Below are positions 28,419-38,388 of a stretch of 64,000 nucleotides of DNA, one piece after another. How positions within the stretch are numbered: the stretch's first letter is position 1; the number at the start of each line of letters is the position of its first letter. The translations under genes were made by a program, and so were the position numbers. The notes under the pieces were generated by a model, which saw only the letters and a list, made by a program, of their open reading frames with translations, was not told where the DNA came from and searched no databases. Source of the stretch: Folioceros fuciformis (Eukaryota); contig JBNGIO010006239.1 in the NCBI GenBank assembly GCA_049999805.1, forward strand, positions 175,412 through 239,411, written 5' to 3'.

Positions 28419-31052
28419 TCAGATGAGCAAAGACTCTCTCCTGTGTTCGCGCAGAATCACGGGAACACTGGTCGGAGGAACCTGGGACATTGCCACTGCG
28501 TTGTTAGCACAACGCCCTCGACATGAGGCGACAAGGAAAAAAGAGAAAAGAATGAGAGCTGGGAGGATTACCATGCCAAGCTCTGTAATGATCATTGCAA
28601 CGTAATCTGCTGGTGTAGCATCGTACCTGCAGGTTGTTAACCGACACCACACAATTAAACGACGGTCCACAGTCCAAACAACCACTTTCCCCTGTCTTCG
28701 CTGATGCTTTCGGTGGCAAAAAGCGGCAACTTGAAACAAGACACTTACGTTAGATTCAACAACTGGAGGTGCTCCAAATCTTCCCAGCCTTCCAAGGGCG
28801 TCAAGTCCTGTCTTCCTGCGACCTTGACTAGAACATCAGGGTCCCCTGCCACCGTTGCCCCAATCAGCCCTCATCTCCCACATGACAAGGACGAAAAGAG
28901 AAGGACTGGAGCAGCAAACTGGAGAATGAGGCTTCTTTGCTTGGCGAGGCAGGTAACTCACCTAACTCATTAGCGCAGATAGAATCCAATTGCACTCTTT
29001 CATGGAACTTGTACGTTTCGCAGCAGATCATTACCGGAATGTGGAACGAATGAGCCACCATGGCAACACACGCAGTGCCCACCCTCGAGTATACAGTCCC
29101 ATTTGCAAGGACGGATGCCGCTCCAAGAAAAACTCTAGTGACTTCGTGCATAATGTATGATATTGAGTTTATCTGGCAGTAGGTGCACTGCAGCCCCTTC
29201 TCCAGCAGTCTGCGTATCAGGTGGCGTCCTTCAAGCTTAGGCCTGGAATCCACCACCACCACCCTAAACTTCCGGCCAATTTCATGAGCCCTTAGAAGAA
29301 TCATCTCCACGACAGACGAGAAGCCATGTGTCAATAGCACATCTCCATCCCTAATCTTCGTCACAGCATGCTTGACTATCTCTGTATCAGCGAACACAAT
29401 CTTTTCTTGCAGGAATCGGTCAATCTCAGCAATGAGAGACGCCTTGGCCTCTGCCTCCTCTACATTGGAGAGCCTCACAATCCTCGTCTTCAAAAACTTG
29501 ATAACATTACCCATGCCTATAGACAGAGGCCTGCACTCTATGAGAAACGACACTTGACTGTTGATCCTCGCAGCTAAATCTCTCACCCAAGCCTTCTCAG
29601 GAGGTGTGCTGTAATCTTGAATCATTTCCCTGAAGGCGCTCAGCAACGCCACACACCGGGCATTTCCTCCAACAACATCTCCTGTCAAATATTGAAGCCC
29701 AATCTGCGTGAACAACAACATGGGAGGTAGGTATCGCACAGCATGGCAGACACAAACCGAACCTTGTCCAAAATCAACATGCCAGGAAAACGCATACCTT
29801 GTACACAGCAGGATGAGGGTGCATGAAATCCTCGTGGAAGTACTTGGCCTCAATCAGAGCCAACCTGTCCCCGTGAACAAACTGTGGCAGGTGTCTAAAC
29901 AGCTCCACCCTGTTCTTGGCCTCCGTCTGCTCCGTAAAAGCTCTCTTCCTGGCCTTAGCCACCCGCTGTGGGTCATCAAACTGCATCCTGGACGGCAACT
30001 TCTTATCCGCCACCTTCTTGTCTCCACCATCTTTTTTCTGGGCAGCAACAGGCTTCCCGACCTTGGGCTCTCTGAGTTCCTTCTGAGCAGGTGGCACGGA
30101 CACGCTGGCACTGTCCTGCCCACCACCAGTCCCCTTCCCACCACCTGCCGCCAGCCCACATCATCAATTCTTGCACACAGCGGCCAGCACCAACACATCC
30201 GTAACCGTAACCGTAACCGTAACCTAGCCACACCACATCAAACGCTGCCCAGGGTGCGCAAGTACCAACATCCGACCGCGAAGCCTTGACAGCCCGCTGC
30301 GCATTCTGAAGCGCGCGCCGCTCCGCCTTCGATGTCCGCTCCTTCAACGTCTTGGTCGTGTCTGCAGCAGGCGATGTGCAGCGGGCGGTCATGCCAACTG
30401 ATCACCCAACAATCCCAATCCTGCCAAAAAATTTAAACACCATCAAACGCAAGGTTGCAGGTTCCTGGTCCGTACTCCCGGCAGGCGGCACGCCTTCTTT
30501 CCCCGCCTTGGGCGCCGCACCCGCACCAGAGCCCGGGGCGGGACCCGGTGCCGCCGGCCCGGAGGCTCCCACACCCTCCGCACCCCTGAGCAGCATCGCC
30601 GTGTCTGTATACCCATCAGCGCCTTCCCCGGCCCGGATGGAAAGCCGCTCCGCAAATCCTCCCAACAGACCAAGACCCTTGCCCTTCTCCTTCCCCGCGC
30701 TGGCAGGCGACATCTCTCCCGCAGCCTCCAGCTGCAGGCTGTCGGTCCGGCTCAGGCTAACCCCGTTGCTAGACGGGGAGAGGGAGCTGACCAGGAGCGC
30801 ATCTGATGGGTTGTAGCTCCCGGCCACGAGGCCCCCCGGCTCCCCGGGAATCCGCTTCGGGGAGGGCACGGCCATGGGGATGGCCTTGGTCTGCGGGGGG
30901 CCGATCATGACGGGGGAAGGCGAATTAGCCGCGGCGATGGACGGGGGCGCCGCCGCCTCCGACGCCGCCCGCTGAGCCTCGGAGCCGGGAGTCACAAACC
31001 CCACCTGGCGCACGATAGGATCGATGACCATGCGGCCCCGTCGCGGGTCCAT
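28419..31052 (-). CDS. Translation initiation factor eIF2B subunit delta; multi-exon
   Basis: MDPRRGRMVIDPIVRQVGF, TSKAERRALQ, VELFRHLPQF, HPAVYKIGLQY, GGNARC, ECRPLS, DSRPKLEG, SRVGTA, CETYKFHERVQLDSI, YDATP, PPTSVPVILRE. Stop at 28419-28421. Confidence 0.95.
30199..30224. repeat. (CCGTAA)4 microsatellite in an eIF2B-delta intron
   Basis: ccgtaaccgtaaccgtaaccgtaacc read directly. Confidence 0.8.
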
Positions 31053-31680
31053 CCTGCTCCTCTCCCACTTCCACTTCCTGCTGCTGCTGCTGCTGCCGGG
31101 CTAGTTCCGAAGACGCAGAAGGAGACGATGCCTGACTGCCTGCATGTGGCGGGAGCCCTGCTGCCCGGTTCCACTCCGCTTGCGTGCATCACACTCCTCG
31201 CCGTGCGCTGTGCGCCGTGCTCCGTTCTCCGAGCTGGACGCGGAGGCAAACCTTGGAAAAGCAATGCGTATGGTCTGAGCCGTGCCGGGGCTGGACGACG
31301 CTCGTACTCCTCTCACTTATGCGTCGTCCGGTCCAAGTGTCCTCGCCACCTCCGTTTTGCTTTCGTCATCTACATATATAGACCTCCCGGCCGGATGCGG
31401 ATGCCCGCCTACGCCTATGCCACCTATATTGTCCATATTAGCATATTCCAACTTCTGCAAAACTTTGTTTGAGGGAAACCACTCTGGTATTGTCTGCCAT
31501 TCTCTTCAAGGAAGCACTGTGAAGGCCAGTTGATTACTCTGTGCACTTGGGCAGGCCAGTACTGTCTTCTCAGATCTTGTTGTGGACGGGAGGACAGGAC
31601 TGGTTGAGGGTATCGTTCTCTTGGACCAGCTTGGTTGGTGATCTGCCTAAGCAGTGGATGGTGAGCTTGCTGGTGTGGGG

Positions 31681-34617
31681 ATGGAGGTGGGTCGTTGTGC
31701 CTCCACCTCCAACTGGAGCTTGCAGATTGATCCTGACTCTCGCAGAGGCGGAGGAGGGCAAGTGGGCGTAGCTGCTGAGACCGTGGGCCAGCTTTGTGAG
31801 CGGGGCCATGTGGCTGAGGCTGTTGAGGGATTGGGAGTGTTGGTGCAGCGGGACTGTCCTATTTCCACAGCTCTTTTTTACGGTGTGCTCAAGAGCTGCA
31901 TGGTGAAGAAGGATCTTGTGCTGGGTCGCCGGGTGCATGCTGCCACGGTGAGGCATGGGTACCAGTCGGATAGGTTCCTGGGCAATCATATCCTGCGAAT
32001 GTATGCTTCTCATGGTAGGTTGGAGGAAGCGATGGATGTGTTCACCGTGGTTCGCAAACCTGATGCCTTCATGTGGTCTTCTATAATCACTGCGCATGTG
32101 AAACACGGAGAGGCTGAGCATGCCGTACAGTTGTATCGTCAGATGCGCAGGTCGAAGGTGAAGCCAGATGGCCATGTGTTTGTGGCAGCCCTCCAGGCTT
32201 GTGCAAGGGGAGCAGACTTGAAGGCTGGGGAGGAGGTGCATGCTGATGTGTTGGCCAGTGGGGTTGAGCCTGATGCGTTCGTTTGCAGTTGCTTGGTGGA
32301 CATGTATGCAAAGTGTGGAAGTCTGGAAGACGCTCAACGATTGTTTGATTGGCTTCCCAAGAAATCTGTGGTGACGTGGAATACCATGATCACAGGGTAC
32401 TCTGCGCAGGGCATGGGTGAGGAAGCCCTTCGTCTTTACAGCGCTATGCAACGAGAAGGCAGTACTGCACCTAATTCTGTGACATTTGTGTGCCTGCTGC
32501 AGGCGTGTGCGAGTGTTGGTGTTCCAGCTCTAGAGAAGGGGAAGCAGCTTCACACACAGATTAAGGAGCAAGGAATTCAGGTTGATGTGGTGGTGGGTTG
32601 CAGCCTGGTAAACATGTATGCAAAGTGTGGCAGCCTCCAGGATGCACGGAGCGTGTTTGACACTCTTTCTCACAGGAATGTAGTGACTTGGACTGCTCTC
32701 ATAGCAGGGTACTCTCAGCATGGCATGGGTCAGGAGGCGCTCAATCTGTACACTGCTCTGCAAGACGACGGCTTCACCGCACCTGACCCTGTGACATTTG
32801 TCTGCCTGCTGCAGGCATGCGCAACTGTGGGCTCTCCAGCTTTGGACACGGGCAAGCAACTTCATGCACAGATTGGAGAACAAGGACTGCAAGCAGATTT
32901 GACTATAGGCAACAACTTGGTGAACATGTATGCAAAGTGTGGCAGCTTGGAGGATGCTCGGAGTGTGTTTGATAGACTTGGTCGAAAGGATGCAGTGACA
33001 TGGACCGCCTTAATTGCAGGGTACTCCCGACAGGGCATGGGTAAGGAAGCTCTCGCTGTTTACAGTGCCATGCAAGAAGAAGGAGTTGCTGCACCAGATT
33101 CTGTGACATTCCTGTGCCTCCTGCAGGCATGTGCAAGTGAGGGGACGTCTGCTTTGGAGAAGGGGAAGCTGCTTCATGCCGAGATTGGAGAACGACAACT
33201 TCAGCTTGATGTCGCTGTAGGATGCAGCCTGGTAAACATGTATGCAAAGTGTGGCAGCTTGAAGGATGCTCAGAGCGTATTTGACAAGCTCCCTGAAAAA
33301 AATGAAGCAACTTGGACTGCGCTCATACAAGGCTACTCCCAGCACGGCTTGGGCCAGGAGGCCCTTCATAGGTACCGCGCTATGGAGGAAGAGGGCCTTG
33401 CTGCACATTCCGGCACATTCTTGCGCCTCCTGCAGGCATGTGCAAGCATGGGCGCCTCGGCTTTGGAGGACGGGAAGGAGCTTCATGCACGCATTGAACG
33501 GCAGGGCCTTCAGTCCGATGTGTCACTAAGTTGCAGCCTCATAAACATGTATGCAAAATGCGGCAGCCTGGAGGATGCACAACGTGTTTTCGACGGACTC
33601 GGCAAGAAGGATGTGGTGATATTCAATGCCATGATAGCAGGCTACTCCCAGCAGGGCATGGGGGAGGAAGCCCTCCGTCTCTACAGCACTATGCCAAAAG
33701 AAGGCATCGGTCCACCCGACTCTGTCACCTTTCTTTCCCTCTTGCAAGCATGTGCGAGTTTGGGAGCACTGTATGCTGGAAGGCACCTTCATGCACAGAT
33801 CAGGGAACAAGGGCTTGAATCTGATCAGTTTGTCGCCATCAGTTTGATCAACATGTACGCCAAGTCCGGGAGCATGGTGGACGCACAGGAGGTGTTCGAT
33901 GCATTGCCGCAGCGAGACGTCATCGCCTGGAATGCCCTGATTGCAGGCTACACCCGCCAGGGAGACAGCGGAGTGGTCTTCCACCTGGTCCGCAAAATGC
34001 AAGAGGAGGATGGCCTACTTCCAGATGCCATCATCCTCCTCAGCGTACTAACAGTGTGCAGTCATGCCGGTCTGGTCGACAAAGGCCGGGAGCTCTTCGA
34101 GTCCATGAACAGAGAGTCCGGCATCACTCCAACCGCAGAGCACTACTCATGCATGGTAGACCTCCTGGGTCGTGCAGGCCAACTGGACGAGGCCCTAGCC
34201 CTAGTCAAGACCATGCCTGTTCCGCCTCACGGTGCACTCTGGCTCAGTCTCTTAGGCTCTTCCCGGAAGTGGGGCAATGTGGATGTAGGACGCTGTGCCT
34301 TCGATGAAGCCGTGAAGCTGGACGAGAAAGACGCCGCTCCGTACGTGCTGATGGCCAACATTTACACCGGCGTCCAGATGCTGGAGCAGGCCCAGGAGAT
34401 GCACGCCAGGAGAAAGCTAATGGGAGCCTGGAAGCTCCCGGGCCAGAGCTGGTGGACAGACATGGACGGCCTGGCTCACAGCTTCGTGGTTGGCGATAGG
34501 AAGCATCCTGAGAGTGACGATATCTACGCAAAACTCGATCAGCTAGTACTCCGAATGAAGGAAGAAGAATGTGTGCCGAAAGATCTAAACGGCCGTCTGA
34601 ACAACGTGAACACTTAA
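31681..34617 (+). CDS. PLS-class pentatricopeptide repeat protein with E/E+ extension, ending before the DYW deaminase core; probable organellar RNA-editing specificity factor
   Basis: Long uninterrupted ORF of P-L-S triplets (NMYAKCGSLEDA; VTWTALIAGYSQ.GMG.EAL; DSVTFVCLLQACAS), then HYSCMVDLLGRAG, an E domain, and KLPGQSWWTDMDGLAHSFVVGDRKHP. The stop comes before any HxE/CxxC/DYW. First in-frame ATG is 31681; an upstream exon is possible (AG at 31653-31654). Confidence 0.93.
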   Translation: MEVGRCASTSNWSLQIDPDSRRGGGGQVGVAAETVGQLCERGHVAEAVEGLGVLVQRDCPISTALFYGVLKSCMVKKDLVLGRRVHAATVRHGYQSDRFLGNHILRMYASHGRLEEAMDVFTVVRKPDAFMWSSIITAHVKHGEAEHAVQLYRQMRRSKVKPDGHVFVAALQACARGADLKAGEEVHADVLASGVEPDAFVCSCLVDMYAKCGSLEDAQRLFDWLPKKSVVTWNTMITGYSAQGMGEEALRLYSAMQREGSTAPNSVTFVCLLQACASVGVPALEKGKQLHTQIKEQGIQVDVVVGCSLVNMYAKCGSLQDARSVFDTLSHRNVVTWTALIAGYSQHGMGQEALNLYTALQDDGFTAPDPVTFVCLLQACATVGSPALDTGKQLHAQIGEQGLQADLTIGNNLVNMYAKCGSLEDARSVFDRLGRKDAVTWTALIAGYSRQGMGKEALAVYSAMQEEGVAAPDSVTFLCLLQACASEGTSALEKGKLLHAEIGERQLQLDVAVGCSLVNMYAKCGSLKDAQSVFDKLPEKNEATWTALIQGYSQHGLGQEALHRYRAMEEEGLAAHSGTFLRLLQACASMGASALEDGKELHARIERQGLQSDVSLSCSLINMYAKCGSLEDAQRVFDGLGKKDVVIFNAMIAGYSQQGMGEEALRLYSTMPKEGIGPPDSVTFLSLLQACASLGALYAGRHLHAQIREQGLESDQFVAISLINMYAKSGSMVDAQEVFDALPQRDVIAWNALIAGYTRQGDSGVVFHLVRKMQEEDGLLPDAIILLSVLTVCSHAGLVDKGRELFESMNRESGITPTAEHYSCMVDLLGRAGQLDEALALVKTMPVPPHGALWLSLLGSSRKWGNVDVGRCAFDEAVKLDEKDAAPYVLMANIYTGVQMLEQAQEMHARRKLMGAWKLPGQSWWTDMDGLAHSFVVGDRKHPESDDIYAKLDQLVLRMKEEECVPKDLNGRLNNVNT

Positions 34618-34923
34618 ATGATGCTGTGACTTAAGAGATTATATTTAGTTTAATGGTTTGCAGTTAACTTATTCCCCGCTGCCGGGCCCTCGCAGGTGGC
34701 ACGGCGTGCACCAGTGCATACATGAACTAAACGGCCTGGCAAACGAATCGGCGTTTTCTGAATGGGTTGTGTGTGCGCGCAACCGGAGGCCTGTGATTAA
34801 AGACGAGTGATGTGAGGCGTTTGATTCAAGACATTTGAGCCGCGGAGTTGCAGCTGCAAAGGCGGCGTCAGAATTCATAACCCACAGCCTGTGAGAGATC
34901 ATCGGGAGGGGCGACACAGCAGG

Positions 34924-36354
34924 ATGAAGGCCATAGTGATCAGGACTCCGGGAGGGCCGGAGGTGTTGGAGCTCAAAGATGTGCCGGATCCTGTGCTGAA
35001 GGAAGGAGAGGTTTTGATCAAAATCACGGCCACCGCAGTGAACAGGGCTGACACCCTGCAGCGGCGGGGGAGCCACCCGCCCCCTGCGGGCTCGCCGCAG
35101 TATCCTGGCTTGGAGTGCTCTGGGGTGATTGAGGAAGTGGCACCCGGGGTGCCGGAGGAATGGGAGGCTGGGACTGAGGTGTGGTGGAAACGTGGTCTTC
35201 TGGATGGTGTAATGTAGCTGGACAGTTGCGGGTCTGTGGTTATGTGCTTGACATGTGCTTTGATGCAGGTGTGCGCGTTGCTCGGAGGCGGGGGGTACGC
35301 TGACAAGGTCGCAGTGCCAGCTACTCAATTGCTCCCCATTCCCAAGGGTGTGTCTGTGAAGGATGCTGCCGGATTGCCTGAAGTTGCGTGCACTGTGTGG
35401 TCCACGGTGTTCATGACTTCCAACTTGCAGCCTGGGGAGTCACTCTTGGTATGTCGAGGTTTGCCGGCCGGGGTTGTGTGTGGATCGGTGTTGCCGTGTG
35501 TGGTAGAATCGTCAATCTGTGTTCGGTTTATGATGTCAAGGTGCATGGAGGGTCCAGTGGAATTGGGACCTTTGCCATACAGATGGCGAAGTACATTGGT
35601 GCCACGGTTTTCACCACTGCCGGTGAGCTTTCATTTTGAGCAATTCCTCGGAAAACCTTTGAAGCCTTTGTGTTTCTGTCGGTAGAGCGTAAAGTTGGCT
35701 TCCACCGTCTTACAGGAACGGATTTGAAGCTGAAGAAGTGCAAAGAGCTTGGAGCCGATTTTGCGATTAACTACAAGACACAGGATTTTGTACAGCGTGT
35801 CAAGGAAGAGACAAAGGGGAAAGGTAATAATATCTGCCTGAAGCCTGCATGGCTGTTTGACAAAATGTGCTCGCCCAACATGTGGTTCGTCTGTATTGCC
35901 AGGTGTGGATGTTATTTTGGACAACATGGGGGCTATCTATTTCCAGCGGAACCTTGATGCCCTCGCACTCGGAGGGAGGCTTTTTATCATCGGATTTCAA
36001 GGAGGCACGGTCGGGGAATTCAGCCTGGGCCCAATTGTTGCTAAACGCTTGACTGTCCAAGGTGCTTAACCTCTGAACAAGCCATTTTTATACATCTTGT
36101 CTCCTGCATCATAATCATGTAACTAATTGGAGGAGGTTGATTTTGCAGGGGCCGGTTTGAGGGCTCGCACGCCTGAAAATAAAGCTCAGATTGTGGCTGA
36201 GGTGAAAAAGCATGTGTGGCCGGCCATAGATGAAGGGAAAGTGGTGCCAGTAATAGACACGGCCCTTCCCTTGGGCAAGGCTGCAGAGGCCCATCGAATT
36301 TTGGAGTCTAGCACCCACATAGGAAAAATATTGCTTCTACCCTGCCATTGTTGA
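34924..36354 (+). CDS. NADPH:quinone oxidoreductase, PIG3/zeta-crystallin family; multi-exon
   Basis: [78 protein letters not shown]. Stop at 36352-36354. Confidence 0.95.
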
Positions 36355-36877
36355 ACACAGAAGCACATCTTGAGCCCGGCGATGTCCCCACTGTTGTCCG
36401 GAGAGGCCTCTACCCTCGTCTACAGTTAAGGGTTCTGCGCCACCTTAGTAAGAGAGAAGGACCAGTTTTCAGCAAAGGTCAAATGGCCAGTCGAGAGAAC
36501 CATGAGCTAAAATCCTTATGAACTCGGCATCAACAGTGCCGACCCTCAGGACCGGCCCTTGTACAAAATATAGTGGAAGAAGTACGCAGATGCAAGCTTC
36601 AAACAGGCCTATGTATCGATATTTACTCGTGACCGGCTCTTACATAGAGTGGACCGCCTCAAGCACGGTGTAAATCCTCAGCGAAAGTTTCTCCGAGACA
36701 GGAATCCCACCTAGTCCCAGCTGTGGAGAGTGATGACCACTCAAGTAATTCAATTTCTGAAATGCCTTCCAGAGGAATCCTCGCTCTCTTCATGAACATG
36801 TAGTCTCACTGACGAGCTGTAGACATCCAAAGCAATGTAGCCTCCAGACGTGTGCGTGTAGGCATTGGACGATGCTT

Positions 36878-36946
36878 CCCAAAGCATTTGGAAGGGGCTC
36901 TCCATAGCATTTGAAAGGGACTCTCCATGGCATTGGGAAGGGACTC
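36878..36946. repeat. 23-bp tandem repeat x3, just 3' of PAM16
   Basis: cccaaagcatttggaaggggctc / tccatagcatttgaaagggactc / tccatggcattgggaagggactc. Confidence 0.85.
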
Positions 36947-36973
36947 AAACTGAATTTAACCTGCAAACATGAA

Positions 36974-37905
36974 CTATCCCCTTGCCCTTTCTCCTCCTAT
37001 TTTGGCTGCTTCTAAACATTCTTTGGCCCGTTGCACCTTTGACTGAATATAGAAACTTCCTGACAAACCGTTTCTTTCAAATAGATGATCATATCTCTGC
37101 ATTCAGAACAAACCGCAATCAATAAAGCTAAACGCCACACCTCCAAACAAATCGATCATCTGGAACCACAAACAGCAATACTCCGATAACGCAGTACCAA
37201 ACTCACCTTGAGAACTTCCTCCCATGTTGCCTGCTTATCGACTCCAAGTATAAGCCTTGCCTCGGCTTCTGTCATAGTTTTGGAAACCTTGTGAGCCAAA
37301 TTCTCCATAGTTTCTTGAGCTACTCCAGTTTTCCCAGCATCTAAAAGGCGGAACAATCTCCCCAGAATTCAGAAACCAGTGTATCCACAGATGCAGCATG
37401 CCCCGTGTGAAACCCTAGTCACAACGGAGGTCCAAGGAGCGCATTCAGTGTGAAAATTCAAGGATACTTACTGACGATGGCCTTCCTATAAGCCTGCGAG
37501 ACCGCCCTAAGCAGAACACCGGAACCGATGACAATTGTATTTGCTATGATCTTCGCAGCCTGGAACAATAGCATGGAAACACTGTAAAACACAGCCTCTA
37601 CCCCGTCCTCCCACGCGCGTGCACGCAATGAATTCTATAATTCATACATCGGCACCAACCAAACCAGGACGGAGCAACCAGCACAACGATGAGCTGAACA
37701 CGCACCATCCTGATTCCCGTATCACAGCAGCAGCTTGCGCGTGAAGGATCCGACGGCGTGGTGAAATCACCGATCATAGAAGGAAGAGTTTGATGGCACC
37801 TGAGCGAGGCCCAGAGTTTGTGAGGCTGCCAAGTGGGATATGATATATGCCACATAGGTCTGTAAAAATGTAAAAAGAAAAGAAAAGAAAAATAAACGTC
37901 ACCAT
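36974..37905 (-). CDS. PAM16: Mitochondrial import motor subunit PAM16/TIM16; 4 coding exons
   Basis: M|AAKIIANTIVIGSGVLLRAVSQAYRKAI, J-like MTEAEARLILGV and RYDHLFERNGLSGSFYIQSKVQRAKECL. Stop at 36974-36976. Confidence 0.9.
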
Positions 37906-38388
37906 ACCGCGCTCAAGCTCACCCTTTCCATCAGGGCTGCCGCTTCACCCTCTTCCCTATGATCAAGCGTAGTGGAAATCGGCCGCTTAGAAATTGTATG
38001 TGCAACACAACGCTGTGCAATTAGTGACAATGACAGTCGACTATGAAGGACAGTTCCCACGGTTTTTGTGTGCACTCCTTTTAAAGGTCCCGAGTCTTCC
38101 CAAGTTCCCCTGTCTTGGCGTAGATGTAACGTTCAACAACGAGGGTGAGTATCCACCCTTTTTTTTTTGGTGCCCTCCTCAGGTTCCGAACGTCTTGGCG
38201 AGTAATAAACGGAAGGCCGGAAGTGAAGAAGCCAGACAAGAGAGGCCGGAAGTGTAGGAGGCAGGTCTCTCCGTCTGTGACGTCCCCGAGCACTGCAAGA
38301 GCAGCCAGCCAGGAGGCAGGGATTGCAGTCTTTGATGTCCTCATGCGCAGCGATTTGGCCAGCAACAAGCAGCAAGGAAGTAGGCTTT

